Positions 1 to 9,587 of a stretch of DNA of 64,000 bases are shown piece after piece. The position numbers and the translations under genes are program-made. The stretch is from Methanoregulaceae archaeon (GTDB lineage Archaea > Halobacteriota > Methanomicrobia > Methanomicrobiales > Methanospirillaceae). The notes under the pieces are model-generated. The model did no database searches. It was not told the DNA's origin and worked only from the letters and a program-made list of their open reading frames with translations. The stretch covers positions 6,579 through 70,578 of the forward strand of contig DUGL01000188.1 in the NCBI GenBank assembly GCA_013331415.1, read 5' to 3'. The stretch's first letter is position 1. Every line of letters starts with the position of its first letter.

Positions 1-1
1 T

Positions 2-1591
2 GTCTGGGGCGGGACGCCCCGGTATACCGGGTGGACAGATCTGACGGTCAACGACCGGGCGCTCCCACGGATCACGCTGTATGGGAGTGATGACCGGAGC
101 GGGAACGTCTATGTCTCCGGGTACGGGGTATACTGGGTTGCCTACGACACCACGGCACTGCTGGAGAGCGGCAGCAACCGGATCACGGCTGATACCAGTC
201 GGTTCGAGCCGGACAACAAGCTCGACGGCCGCATCTACTGTCTCGTGACCCTGGTCGCGGAACGGGATGCCACGGGGCTTACCACCCGCTACTTTGTCGC
301 GGAAGGGAACGAGAACCTGCATGGTGAAGGGTGGTCCGGGACTATCGAGACCACGAACGATGCATGCTCAGTCACCCTGCCGGTCGGTGAGATCCCGGGT
401 GTCCGGGCAGCCAACCTCACCGTCCTGACGCTGGCATCGACCCGGGGGGAACCAAGCTACGTGCTCTTCAACTCCCATGACCTGGGGCCGGATGTGGACT
501 ATCCCGGGTATCCTCCCGGGGTCAGGGATATCGCGGACGAGACCTCGTTCAATGCCGGGTTGTATGCCCCGGTCCCCAGCCGGTATGTGGATATCGAGGT
601 CTTTGATGTGCTCGCGCTCCTCCGTGAGGGCGAGAACACGGTCACCTTCCAGCGGGGACGCGATCTTTCCGGGGATGGTATGATCTCGGCCTCGGCAAAT
701 CCACCGGAAGGCGAGCACTACCTCCACCCGGTCCTCGCGATGCTCACCCTGGAGAGAGAGCGTGCATCTGTTTCAGGGCCGGACCTGGCGCTCTCTGGGA
801 TCGCGGTGCAGGATGCCCACGCGGGAGAGGAAGGAGCTATCATCATCACGATCCGGAACCTGGGGGCGTTCTCTCCCCTCCCGGCTGAGCTGCGGGTCCG
901 TATCGACGGCGACCTCCTCGCGACCCGGCAGGTCACGCTCGATCGGAGCGGACTCCAGCAGGCGGCGATCCCCTGGAGTCCTGGGGAGGGGAGCTTCGCC
1001 ATCCAGGCAGAGGTTGACATCCCGGGGGACAGCGATCCATCCAATAACCGGCACCAGACCATGGTCACGGTGGGGGGCCTCCCGGATCTTGCGGTCTCGC
1101 TGGAACCCCCCGTCCGCAGGGGAGACGCCGTCCAGCAGGGGGACCCCTTCCTCCAGGTCCTGACCCTCGCTGGGGCGATTGCGATCTCGCTCCTCTTCCT
1201 GGTCCGGCGGCCCCCGCAGGGCGGGAGACGGATGCTCGGCCTCCTCCTCTCCGCACTGGTCATCCTCGCCCTCCTGCCCCCCCCGCTTGCGCTGGTCCCC
1301 CCCGTTGCGGGGCAGGATACTTCGGCGCTCTTCCTCCTCCCGGTGACGGTTTCCAACCTGGGGGGGAGCGATGCCCCCGCCTTTGCGGTATCCATGTACC
1401 TGGATGGAGAACGGGTGATAACCAAGGAGTACCTGGACGGGATGCAGGCGGGTCGGACCGATCGGTCCGAGATACCCCTCTACACATCCCCCGGCAGCCA
1501 CCACCTGCGGGTCGTGATCGATGAGAATGGTCTGGTGAGGGATGCCGACCGGAGCAACAACAGCGCGGAGGCCACGTATGTCTTCACCTAG
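2..1591 (+). CDS. Surface protein, 5'-truncated by the window edge: end of a DUF3344-like A module, CARDB-like domain, two TM helices, second CARDB-like domain
   Basis: The frame is open from nt 2; track ORF 245..1591 begins at an internal GTG. LDGRIYCLVTLVAE resembles the FDGRIKxxTLVVAY motif of the A modules at 4507, 13847 and 19448. Two CARDB-like segments (IRNLGAFS...DPSNN and VSNLGGSDAPAF...DRSNN) are separated by the hydrophobic helices LTLAGAIAISLLFLV and MLGLLLSALVILALL. Confidence 0.7.
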   Translation, partial: VWGGTPRYTGWTDLTVNDRALPRITLYGSDDRSGNVYVSGYGVYWVAYDTTALLESGSNRITADTSRFEPDNKLDGRIYCLVTLVAERDATGLTTRYFVAEGNENLHGEGWSGTIETTNDACSVTLPVGEIPGVRAANLTVLTLASTRGEPSYVLFNSHDLGPDVDYPGYPPGVRDIADETSFNAGLYAPVPSRYVDIEVFDVLALLREGENTVTFQRGRDLSGDGMISASANPPEGEHYLHPVLAMLTLERERASVSGPDLALSGIAVQDAHAGEEGAIIITIRNLGAFSPLPAELRVRIDGDLLATRQVTLDRSGLQQAAIPWSPGEGSFAIQAEVDIPGDSDPSNNRHQTMVTVGGLPDLAVSLEPPVRRGDAVQQGDPFLQVLTLAGAIAISLLFLVRRPPQGGRRMLGLLLSALVILALLPPPLALVPPVAGQDTSALFLLPVTVSNLGGSDAPAFAVSMYLDGERVITKEYLDGMQAGRTDRSEIPLYTSPGSHHLRVVIDENGLVRDADRSNNSAEATYVFT

Positions 1592-2564
1592 GCGCGGGTT
1601 CCTGTTCTTCATCGGCTGCATGGCGCTTGCAGCCGTTGCCGGGGCGACCTATGCCGGGGACCGGCCCCTGGTAACCGCTTTTTCTGGAGACGGCCCGCTG
1701 CAGTACCAGTTCACGACCGGTGACAGCTCCTACCTCGGGGGGCTTGGGAGCAATGAGAACTATACGGCATCATTCTCCCTCGAACTCCCCGCTGGGGCGG
1801 AGGTCCGGTTCCAGCGGCTGTATGTGTACTGGGCCTGGAGCAACCTCAACCAGCGGCCGCTCTTTCCCGCGTTCCATGTCACCGATTCCCGGGATCCTTT
1901 GTCTGCCCTGGAGAGCGATGCCCGGTATGTAGACAGCAAGGGGGTGGTCGGCACCTATGACTTCTACTCAGGTACTGATGCGTATGCCATCCCCGCCCTG
2001 CTCCCTGGAGCGAACACGTGTACGGTCACGCTGGTACAGCGCGGCCCTCCCGGGAGCTCGGTCCTCCTCTACGGAATGGCCATCCTGGTGGTGTACGAGG
2101 AACCTGGTCAGCCTCGGCACGCGATCTGGGTCAAGGAAGGATGCGATCTCCTCTTCTCGAGTTTCGGGATCTCCCCGGAGATGGCTTCAAGCGCGATGAT
2201 CTTCGAGGGGAAGCTCCCCTCCGATGCGATTGAGGGCGCAACGCTCTTTCTCGTGGCGCCATCCGGCGGGCATTCCCGGGACCGCGACTTTGAGATCAAC
2301 AGTCTCCGGGTCAACTGGGTCGATGAGGAGCAGACCCCGCTCATGATGCGCACCATCTTCTCCCTGCTCTTCCCCAACTACCGGGGCAAGGAATGGTTCG
2401 ATATATTCCTCCCTGATTCCCGGACCCAGATTGGGTTTGAGACCCGGGAGATCAAGCCATTCCTCAAAAGGGAGAATAATCACGTTGTTGTCCGTGACCA
2501 GGGTGACTACCTGCAGCTCACGAATGCCGTCCTCGCGATCCGGACAGCAGGAGGATCTCCATGA
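1578..2564 (+). CDS. Secreted stand-alone DUF3344-like B-module protein
   Basis: ATG at 1578 gives a signal-like N-terminus, MSSPRRGFLFFIGCMALAAVAGA, and overlaps the upstream stop. The body (FQRLYVYWAWS, ARYVDSKGVVGTYDFYSGTDAY, LYGMAILVVYEEPG, IWVKEGCDLLFS) is collinear with the B modules inside the 10465, 13847 and 19448 proteins. Confidence 0.7.
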   Translation: MSSPRRGFLFFIGCMALAAVAGATYAGDRPLVTAFSGDGPLQYQFTTGDSSYLGGLGSNENYTASFSLELPAGAEVRFQRLYVYWAWSNLNQRPLFPAFHVTDSRDPLSALESDARYVDSKGVVGTYDFYSGTDAYAIPALLPGANTCTVTLVQRGPPGSSVLLYGMAILVVYEEPGQPRHAIWVKEGCDLLFSSFGISPEMASSAMIFEGKLPSDAIEGATLFLVAPSGGHSRDRDFEINSLRVNWVDEEQTPLMMRTIFSLLFPNYRGKEWFDIFLPDSRTQIGFETREIKPFLKRENNHVVVRDQGDYLQLTNAVLAIRTAGGSP

Positions 2565-3226
2565 CCGCGGGCATCCGGACCGAGTCCCTCTCCCGGCAGT
2601 TTGCAAACGGGGTCTGCGCACTCCGGGACGTCTCTGTCACCATCGCCCCCGGGGAGTTCGTTGCCCTCGTGGGGAGGAGCGGGAGCGGGAAGAGCACCCT
2701 GATGAACATCCTGGGGGGGCTCGACTCCCCCACCGCGGGATCGGTCTACCTGGATGGGGGGAAGGTCGAGTACCGTGACCGGAAGAGCCTGATCAATCTC
2801 CGGAGAACACAGGTTGGCTTCGTCTTCCAGCAGTTCAACCTCATCCCGACCCTCACCGCCCGCGAGAACGTTGCCTACCCCCTCCTCTTCAACTACCGGC
2901 CGGCAGAGGAACGGCGAGACCGGGCGCTCGGGCTCCTGGACTTGGTCGGGCTCTCGGAGCGGGCTGATCACCTCCCGCACGAGCTCTCCGGCGGGGAGCA
3001 GCAGCGGGTGGCGATTGCGCGGGCGCTGGTCTGCAGCCCCCGGATCATCCTTGCCGATGAGCCGACCGGGAACCTGGATTCGAAGACCAGTGCCGAGATC
3101 TACCATCTCATGCGCACGATCAACCAGGAACAGGCGATCACGTTCCTCGTTGTGACCCATGAGCGCGAGCTCGCGTCGTACTGCGACCGGACCATCCAGC
3201 TCCGGGACGGGATGGTGGTAGCATGA
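2561..3226 (+). CDS. ABC transporter ATP-binding protein, MacB/LolD-like
   Basis: Walker [10 protein letters not shown], signature LSGGEQQR, Walker [10 protein letters not shown]-loop VTHE. ATGA start/stop overlap with the upstream gene. Confidence 0.9.
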   Translation: MTAGIRTESLSRQFANGVCALRDVSVTIAPGEFVALVGRSGSGKSTLMNILGGLDSPTAGSVYLDGGKVEYRDRKSLINLRRTQVGFVFQQFNLIPTLTARENVAYPLLFNYRPAEERRDRALGLLDLVGLSERADHLPHELSGGEQQRVAIARALVCSPRIILADEPTGNLDSKTSAEIYHLMRTINQEQAITFLVVTHERELASYCDRTIQLRDGMVVA

Positions 3227-4443
3227 TCCAGAAGGAGGTGGATTTCCTGCGGCTCTCCGCCCGGCAGCTCCTGACCAAGCGCCTCCGCGTGGCGCTCACG
3301 GTGCTCGGTATCGCAATCGGGGTGGCGGCGATCATCGGGATTGTCGCACTCGGCGAGGGTATCCGATACCAGGCCATTGAGACGATCAGGACGCAATCGG
3401 ATCTCACCCTGATCGAGGTCTATCCGCGGACCGACCAGGAGGTTACCCAGCTGATCACCGCGGCCCGGGTGGACCAGTTCCGTGTGCTCCCCCAGGTGAC
3501 CGCCGTCGCCCCGGTCTTCACCGATTCCTATGCCACGAAACGGCAGACGTTCCTCCCGATCCTTGCGGTGAAGGCCGAGGAGATCGATCCGGTCCTCCGT
3601 CTCCGGTATGCCAGCGGCGTCGTCTTCTCACCCGGGGCGAACGAGGTGGTGGTCGGTGCGGACCTTGGTACCCTGCTCCAGCGAAACGAGGGGATCCGGG
3701 TCGGGGATACCTTCGTTGCGATGGTACGGGAGTACGATGTGCAGGGGATGCCAACCGACCGCGAGGTGCCGCTCACCGTGGTGGGGGTGCTCGCCGACCG
3801 GGATGACCGGTTCGACCGGGTGATGCTGATCGACCGGGAGACTGCCGCGATGATCCGGGGAGCCGACCAGGGGTATGATACGGTCTTTGTCCGGGTCGCG
3901 GACCCGGACCATGTCTTTCCCGTCGTGGACCGGATCACGATGCAGGGGCTCGATGCCCGAGGGGCATTTGAGCAGATACGGGCGGTCAACCAGTTCCTGG
4001 ATGCCATCCTGATCGTCTTCATGCTCTTTGCCCTCTTTGCCCTGGTGGTGGGCGGGCTGATGATCACCACCACGATGATCACCTCGGTATACGAGCGAAC
4101 GCGGGAGATTGGGATCACCATGGCAATCGGGGCCTCAGAGAACGATGTGATCCGGCTCGTGCTCTACGAGTGTCTGCTGATAGGGATACTCGGGGGGATC
4201 GTGGGAAGTATCCTTGGCGGCCTGTTCACCGTGGTGATGAACGCGGTCGGGAGGCCGTTCATCATCGCCCGGCTCGGCCCGGAGTTCTCCAGCATCTTCG
4301 GGAGCGAAATAGCCCGCCTCCCGCCGGATATGATCGTTGCCGGGATCGTGATAGCCATCGTCTTCTCCCTCGCTGCGGGTATCTATCCGGCCGTCAAGGC
4401 GACGCGGATGAACCCGGTGGAAGCGATCCGGTCGGGAGCGTGA
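3223..4443 (+). CDS. ABC transporter permease, FtsX/MacB-type with a large extracytoplasmic domain
   Basis: One N-terminal TM (LTVLGIAIGVAAIIGIVAL), a roughly 250-aa loop, then three C-terminal TMs with the FtsX-type segment ERTREIGITMAIGAS. ATGA overlap with the ATPase gene. Confidence 0.85.
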   Translation: MIQKEVDFLRLSARQLLTKRLRVALTVLGIAIGVAAIIGIVALGEGIRYQAIETIRTQSDLTLIEVYPRTDQEVTQLITAARVDQFRVLPQVTAVAPVFTDSYATKRQTFLPILAVKAEEIDPVLRLRYASGVVFSPGANEVVVGADLGTLLQRNEGIRVGDTFVAMVREYDVQGMPTDREVPLTVVGVLADRDDRFDRVMLIDRETAAMIRGADQGYDTVFVRVADPDHVFPVVDRITMQGLDARGAFEQIRAVNQFLDAILIVFMLFALFALVVGGLMITTTMITSVYERTREIGITMAIGASENDVIRLVLYECLLIGILGGIVGSILGGLFTVVMNAVGRPFIIARLGPEFSSIFGSEIARLPPDMIVAGIVIAIVFSLAAGIYPAVKATRMNPVEAIRSGA

Positions 4444-4506
4444 TGGCAGGTGGAGCGATGGTACACGAATCTGAGAGCTGGGATACACGGTACCGGAGAG
4501 AGGGAA

Positions 4507-7500
4507 ATGAGTAAGAACAGGGAGGGTGAGGTGCGCCTGCGGGCGCCCGTGGTCCTGGCAGGCTGCCTGCTGGTCCTGCTCCTGGTGCTGCAGGCACCGG
4601 CGGCGGCCGATCCCTACGTGGGAGGGATCCCGCTCACCACGGTCCAGTCAGGGGTCGTATCCGGGGACCTGTTCATCGATGCAACGGTCCCCTCCTTTGG
4701 CCAGACCACGGTCACGAAGACGGTTGCGCTCCCCACCTCTACCCAGATCCGGTGGGCACGGCTGTACGTTGCCGTCTACTGCGGGCACATGCAGAACAAC
4801 TACAACGGGACAGTGACGGTATCACTCGACGGGAACGGGGACGGGACCTACGAGACCGTCCTGGGGACGGAACGGCTGGATGTCCCCTTCACCTACCTTG
4901 CCGATGGGGGGCCCGGGTACGAGACCGTGAACTCCCACACGAACCGGGTGACGAGCGACTACGTAATGTGGTACGACGTTGCATCCCGGATCACGTCCCG
5001 GAACCCGGGTATCCGGGTGGAGACCACCCGGCTGAACCCGAGCTTTGACGGGAGGATCAAGGCGGTCACGCTGGTGGTGGCGTACGATGACGGGGATGCC
5101 GACCGGGTCTGGTACGTCGTGAACGAGGGGCACGACTCCGATACCTACTACTCCGACGAATGGCTCGGCGAAGATTACCGGGGCGAGACGAGCTTCGATC
5201 TCTCCGGGCTGTCCGGGGAAATTGAGAAGGCCACGCTCAGGGTGAATCACCTTGCGAGCCAGGACGGGTTCTACCGGTTCAACCGGGATGACCTGGACGG
5301 GGGGCAGGTCCAGGGTCCGTACTTCGGGCACAACAGCTGGGATGTGACCGACCTGGTGCGACCCGATGGATCGAACCTCCTCTCCTATGACCGGTACGGT
5401 GCCACGGGGTCTGGTTTCGAGGGTCAGTTCTACAAGATCATCCTCGCAACACTTACCGTCCGGGAGGGGGCAGAGCCTGACGAGGAGCCGGACGAGGATG
5501 AGCGGGATGATCTATCGGGCAGTACGGGGGGCTCCGGCCCCGGCCCGGTCCCCCTGTTCGGGAACGGGTATGCCGGGCAGACCATCCCTGCAGCCCTCGC
5601 GGGGATGGTGAACGGGAGCGTCGCGGTGCTGGAGACAAGTGAGTACACGGACCTGATCCCGCCCGGGGAGTCCCGGGACTTCACCCTTGCCATCCCGCTT
5701 GAACCCGGTGCTCAGGCCCGCCTCGCCCGCCTTTCCGTGTATACGACCACGGGCCACCATGAGCGCACGAAGGAAGGGCTGGCGGGACCGGCACCCCTTA
5801 TCCTTGAGTACGGGGGAGCGGCCATCCCGGCTGCTGCCCATTATACGGACCGGAAGGGCTTTGGGGAGGATGACTATCCCGTCGAGACCTTCGTCTACGA
5901 TGTCCGGGACCTGGTACTGGATGCCGGGGAGTACACGTTCACGGTGCAGAATGCCGGGCGGGGGAACGAGGTGTTCGCCGTGTACGGGGGGATGCTCGTG
6001 ATCGCGACCGAGTCGGACGGGGGTGTGCCCACGCACTACTGGATTGCGGAGGGGAGCGATATCGTGCTCGCCGACCCGGCATCCGACACCACCACGACCG
6101 ATGCGACCACGGTCTTTACCTTTACCGGTGTCCCGGGTACGGGATCGTCCGGTCTCCTGTACCTGGTCAGCACCGCGACAAACGGCACCCCGGGCAGTGA
6201 GAACCGGGTCACCTTCAACCAGGGGGGATGGGATAATCTCCTGGCATGCGGCTCAGCGGTCTGCGTGGCCAGCCGCGAGGTCTCCGATCTCCTCCGGCCC
6301 GGGGAGAACGAGGCGACCATCCAGAGCTCTCTCAAACGCGAGCCGGGCGATTACCTCGAGAACAGGGGGGCGGTCCTGGTGGCGGTCCCCTATGATGCGG
6401 CCCGTGCCGGTCCTGCCCGGACGGCTCCACCTCCAACGGTCGCAGCGGAGCCGGAAGCGCCACCCGCCACCCTCCCGGTGTCTTCCGGGGAGCCCCGGGG
6501 AATCCTCGACTGGCTGTTCCGGTTCCTGTTCGGCCCCTTCCTGCCCGATCCTGTGCTCCCGGAAGAACCGGCACCCCAGACCGTCACCCTCCCGTCCGAG
6601 GTGACCCTGACCATCTTCACGGACCCCGAGGGGGCACGGGTCACGGTCAACGGTGCTGCATATGACGACCTCACCCCGCTGGCCCTGGTGGTATCCCGCG
6701 GGGAGCTCCAGCAGGTGACAGTGACCCTGGACGGGTACGACCCGTTCCGCACGGCCCTCGCACCTGCCGCAGATGCGGACCTGCACATCGTGTTCACGCC
6801 GTTCGTCCCGGATAAGCCGGCCCCGTCCGTCCTCTTCTCCCCTGAAAATGGTCGTCTTGGCGGGGTCTACGTGGAGTCGTACCCCTCGGAGGCGACCATC
6901 ATCGTTGACGGGCGGAAGACCGACCAGGTCACCCCCCGGGTGATCTACGGGCTCCGTGAAGGGTACCACACGGTCGGGGTGGAGAAGAAGAACACTGCAT
7001 ACCCGCCGGCACAGCGGGTTGCAGTCGGTGCCGGGACCATCGTCCCGGTCAGGTTCACCGATGGCGCAGTCTTCGCCCGGACGCTGGATATCACGAGCGA
7101 TGACGTTGCCGGTGCCTCCTTTACCGTGAACGGGGTCGGGCCGTCCCGGACGATCCCTGCCACCGAAGTCCCGGTCAGCGGCACCTACCCCTACCTCGTC
7201 ATCTTCCACGAGGGGTCCTACCTGTCCCGGACCGTGCACCCGAACCTGGCGTCCGGGTCGGTGATGCGGATCCGGACCGAGCCTGCAGACCGCGTCCCGC
7301 TCTCGGTCGTGGTCAGCTCCGACCCATCGGGGAGCGAGATATTCTTCGACGGGTTCCCGACCGGGCTCCGGACTCCTGCCGTTATCACGAACGTATCGCC
7401 GGGCCTGCACCGGGTCATGGTCCAGGCCCCGGGATTCCTTCCCAGTGAGCGGGATCTCCACCTGTACGACGTGGTAAACGACCTGATAGATGAGAAGGTC

Positions 7501-7734
7501 TTCATCCGGCTTGAGCCATACCCGCATGGCAGCCTGAACCTGACCAGCAGCCCGCCCGGTGCCCGGGTCTACCTCTCGGGCCGGAACACGGGCGAGCGGA
7601 CCCCGGTCACCCTCCCCTACCTCCCGATCGGGCTCTACTCGGTCCGGCTGCTCGGGGAGCACGAGTCCCGCACCTACGAGGTGGTGGTCACGCCGGGACA
7701 GGAGAAGGGCGTGCACGCGGTCTTCCCGGTGTGA
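4507..7734 (+). CDS. Secreted protein: DUF3344-like A module, acidic linker, B-like module, five PEGA-like repeats
   Basis: Start chosen at MSKNREGEV..LLVLLLVLQAPAAA (signal peptide), followed by DPYVGGIPLTTVQSG. A-module motifs present: WARLYVAVYCGHMQNNYNGT, NRVTSDYVMWYDV, FDGRIKAVTLVVAYDDGD. Linker EPDEEPDEDERDD. B-like motif YTDRKGFGEDDYPVETFVYDV. PEGA-like repeats: IFTDPEGARVTVNG, VESYPSEATIIVDG, FTVNGVGPS, VSSDPSGSEIFFDG, LTSSPPGARVYLSG. Confidence 0.8.
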   Translation: MSKNREGEVRLRAPVVLAGCLLVLLLVLQAPAAADPYVGGIPLTTVQSGVVSGDLFIDATVPSFGQTTVTKTVALPTSTQIRWARLYVAVYCGHMQNNYNGTVTVSLDGNGDGTYETVLGTERLDVPFTYLADGGPGYETVNSHTNRVTSDYVMWYDVASRITSRNPGIRVETTRLNPSFDGRIKAVTLVVAYDDGDADRVWYVVNEGHDSDTYYSDEWLGEDYRGETSFDLSGLSGEIEKATLRVNHLASQDGFYRFNRDDLDGGQVQGPYFGHNSWDVTDLVRPDGSNLLSYDRYGATGSGFEGQFYKIILATLTVREGAEPDEEPDEDERDDLSGSTGGSGPGPVPLFGNGYAGQTIPAALAGMVNGSVAVLETSEYTDLIPPGESRDFTLAIPLEPGAQARLARLSVYTTTGHHERTKEGLAGPAPLILEYGGAAIPAAAHYTDRKGFGEDDYPVETFVYDVRDLVLDAGEYTFTVQNAGRGNEVFAVYGGMLVIATESDGGVPTHYWIAEGSDIVLADPASDTTTTDATTVFTFTGVPGTGSSGLLYLVSTATNGTPGSENRVTFNQGGWDNLLACGSAVCVASREVSDLLRPGENEATIQSSLKREPGDYLENRGAVLVAVPYDAARAGPARTAPPPTVAAEPEAPPATLPVSSGEPRGILDWLFRFLFGPFLPDPVLPEEPAPQTVTLPSEVTLTIFTDPEGARVTVNGAAYDDLTPLALVVSRGELQQVTVTLDGYDPFRTALAPAADADLHIVFTPFVPDKPAPSVLFSPENGRLGGVYVESYPSEATIIVDGRKTDQVTPRVIYGLREGYHTVGVEKKNTAYPPAQRVAVGAGTIVPVRFTDGAVFARTLDITSDDVAGASFTVNGVGPSRTIPATEVPVSGTYPYLVIFHEGSYLSRTVHPNLASGSVMRIRTEPADRVPLSVVVSSDPSGSEIFFDGFPTGLRTPAVITNVSPGLHRVMVQAPGFLPSERDLHLYDVVNDLIDEKVFIRLEPYPHGSLNLTSSPPGARVYLSGRNTGERTPVTLPYLPIGLYSVRLLGEHESRTYEVVVTPGQEKGVHAVFPV

Positions 7735-7855
7735 ACTGGGACGCAGCGTGCCGGGGTCATGGTTGCAGCCTGCGGCCTATCCCTTCTATCCCGACCAGGG
7801 ATTCGAATGGCGCCCTCAGTGCCAGGTATCTCTCAAGTGATCATGGACCTCTTCA

Positions 7856-7907
7856 GCTGCAGGGGCGCACCATCCCGGTGACCATGAAGACGGAAGGAAG
7901 GGACCAG
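7856..7907 (+). repeat. Direct repeat copy 1 (52 nt): orphan copy of the MNT gene leader plus its first 8 codons
   Basis: gctgcaggggcgcaccatcccggtgaccatgaagacggaaggaagggaccag matches 8719..8770 at 47 of 52 positions, with a perfect 30-nt core. It encodes MKTEGRDQ and then diverges into a short unrelated tail. Confidence 0.85.
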
Positions 7908-7934
7908 GAATCATCCGTCCTGATGCAGGGAAGT

Positions 7935-8324
7935 TCAGTAGGTGATAACTGATAGGCCCGGTATCTTCTCAAAATGGCGGTCGCGGGTGATAATCTTCCC
8001 GTCATGACAGAGCGTAATTGCCGCGATTATCTCGTCAAAATCCCCGACCGGAGTACCGGCACGGCTGAGGCCCGCTGCGAGCCGGCCGTACACCTCGTAC
8101 ATGGTCTCGTCAACCGCCAGGACAGTGAACAGGTCCAGGACAGTTCTTGCTTTGACCAGGTTATCGCGGTTATCCGAAAGATACGCACCTTTCAACAGTT
8201 CCATTGCGGTGATTGCGGTGGTGGCGAGGGCAATCTCTTCCCGCTCGAAACCGGCAGAGAGCCGGAGTGCGCCGGCCTCCCGCCGCATCAGGTCGATCAC
8301 AAAGGAGGTATCCGCAACCGGCAT
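7935..8324 (-). CDS. vapC: PIN-domain toxin VapC
   Basis: 129 aa. N-terminal DTSFVID acidic residue, AMEL, DFDEIIAA and a C-terminal TRDRHF motif, typical of PIN/VapC. One-nt start/stop overlap with the upstream antitoxin. Confidence 0.85.
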   Translation of the reverse strand: MPVADTSFVIDLMRREAGALRLSAGFEREEIALATTAITAMELLKGAYLSDNRDNLVKARTVLDLFTVLAVDETMYEVYGRLAAGLSRAGTPVGDFDEIIAAITLCHDGKIITRDRHFEKIPGLSVITY

Positions 8325-8551
8325 CAGAACCGTACCTCGCGCATGCTGCTCTTCCGCATGGTGCGGGAAACCTTCTCGACATGGTCGGCAAGGTCTGAGC
8401 AGTCCCCCAGCTCTGCGAGGACCTCGGAGATCTTCCGCTTGACCGGATAATACTGCACGATCACCTCAGAGAAGCTCATCTTTTCATCTTTCTTCAGCGC
8501 CTTCAGCCGCTCGTATGCCTCCTCGGTGATGCTGATGGTTTTTGTGGCCAT
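8324..8551 (-). CDS. vapB: VapB-type antitoxin (small, helical)
   Basis: Internal ATG at 8551 gives the 75-aa [31 protein letters not shown].... Its size and its position directly upstream of and overlapping vapC support the call. Confidence 0.7.
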   Translation of the reverse strand: MATKTISITEEAYERLKALKKDEKMSFSEVIVQYYPVKRKISEVLAELGDCSDLADHVEKVSRTMRKSSMREVRF

Positions 8552-8718
8552 GATCAGTTCTGTGTATGTATGTGTATTTAATAATGCTCCGAACACCGGG
8601 CAGTGTCCCCGGGTCTTGAAAAAGGATAAAGAAAAATGGTCATTTCCCGCTTTTTTGCAAAACATTCTGATGGCCCCATAGAACGGGTTGGAGGGTGAAA
8701 CCTCCGGCATACTCTTAT

Positions 8719-8770
8719 GCTGCAAGGGCTAACCTTCCCTGTGACCATGAAGACGGAAGGAAGGGACCAG
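8719..8770 (+). repeat. Direct repeat copy 2 (52 nt), forming the functional 5' end of the MNT gene
   Basis: See 7856..7907. This copy continues into an intact nucleotidyltransferase ORF. Confidence 0.85.
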
Positions 8771-9142
8771 TTCCTCCGTGTGCACCCGGAACTGGTACGC
8801 ATGATCCGCGATCTTCCCGATGAGGTGCATGCCGTCATCCTGTTCGGTTCCCAGGCGACGGGGAGAGCTACTCCGATCTCGGATACCGACATCTGCTTCG
8901 TGACCGCTCACCGTCCAGGTCCGGATATCCAGCGTAAGCTTCTCTCCTTTGGCTCGAAGACCGTTCAGGTCTCGCTCTTCTCCGACCTCCCCCCCTCTGT
9001 CCGGTTCCGTGTGTTCCGTGACGGGATACTCCTCTTCTGCCGTGATCCCCTTACCCTCCACCGGGCACGTGGTGCAGCCGTACGGGGATACCTGAATGTC
9101 CGCCCCCTGATCGACCGCCATATCGCCCGCACGTTTGGGTGA
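8747..9142 (+). CDS. mntA: Minimal nucleotidyltransferase (MNT) antitoxin of an MNT/HEPN pair
   Basis: The GSQATGRATPISDTDI motif fits the GSxxxGxxxxxSDxD nucleotidyltransferase signature. About 130 aa and immediately followed by a HEPN gene. Confidence 0.8.
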   Translation: MKTEGRDQFLRVHPELVRMIRDLPDEVHAVILFGSQATGRATPISDTDICFVTAHRPGPDIQRKLLSFGSKTVQVSLFSDLPPSVRFRVFRDGILLFCRDPLTLHRARGAAVRGYLNVRPLIDRHIARTFG

Positions 9143-9146
9143 TACG

Positions 9147-9587
9147 ATGTACGACACCGAGAGGATGGCACGGATCTGCGGCGATATCGACCGCTATACC
9201 AGAGACCTGTCGCTCCTCTCCATTCATGAGCGGCGTGATCTCGAGGACCGGAAGAATTTTTATGCCCTCGCTATGGTGCTGTTCTCGCTCATGAATGCCG
9301 TCATCGATCTCGCAGACGAACTGGTCTCTGCCCGGAACGCAGGGATGCCCTCAACATACCGGGAGATCTTCACCCTGCTCGTCCAGGACTCTGTCATCGA
9401 TACCAGGGAATTCGAGCTGATGTCCCGCCTGGTCTCGTACCGGAACCGGCTTGCCCATGAATATGGAGCGATCACTCCCGATGATCTGATGGACGCGCTG
9501 GACATGACAGATACCATCCGGATATTCGTGGAACGGGCGAAGGGAATGGTCCGGGAGGAGATGTCCCGGAAACCGGGAGCCTTTTAA
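9147..9587 (+). CDS. hepT: HEPN (DUF86) toxin of an MNT/HEPN pair
   Basis: The RNRLAHEY motif fits the Rx4-6H HEPN signature. About 146 aa, starting 5 nt after the MNT stop. Confidence 0.8.
   Translation: MYDTERMARICGDIDRYTRDLSLLSIHERRDLEDRKNFYALAMVLFSLMNAVIDLADELVSARNAGMPSTYREIFTLLVQDSVIDTREFELMSRLVSYRNRLAHEYGAITPDDLMDALDMTDTIRIFVERAKGMVREEMSRKPGAF

Noticed and set aside
6253-7716. 487-aa ORF on the minus strand, antisense to the DUF3344-PEGA gene. Similar long antisense ORFs occur at 718..1425, 773..1621, 21929..22630 and 22906..23535.
   Set aside because: Their Arg/Pro/Gly-rich, low-complexity translations are typical of shadow ORFs in GC-rich DNA. The sense strand carries strong, motif-rich coding sequence with paralogs.
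7795-7815. TTCGAAT T-loop-like sequence (gggattcgaatggcgcc) that might indicate a tRNA gene or att site next to the TA islet.
   Set aside because: The flanking bases do not form a T-stem on either strand, and no acceptor, D or anticodon arms could be drawn.
8578-9157. Minus-strand ORFs (104 aa and 142 aa) overlapping the MNT gene and the vapB upstream region.
   Set aside because: The plus-strand MNT ORF carries the nucleotidyltransferase signature and is followed by its HEPN partner. The antisense ORFs have no motifs.
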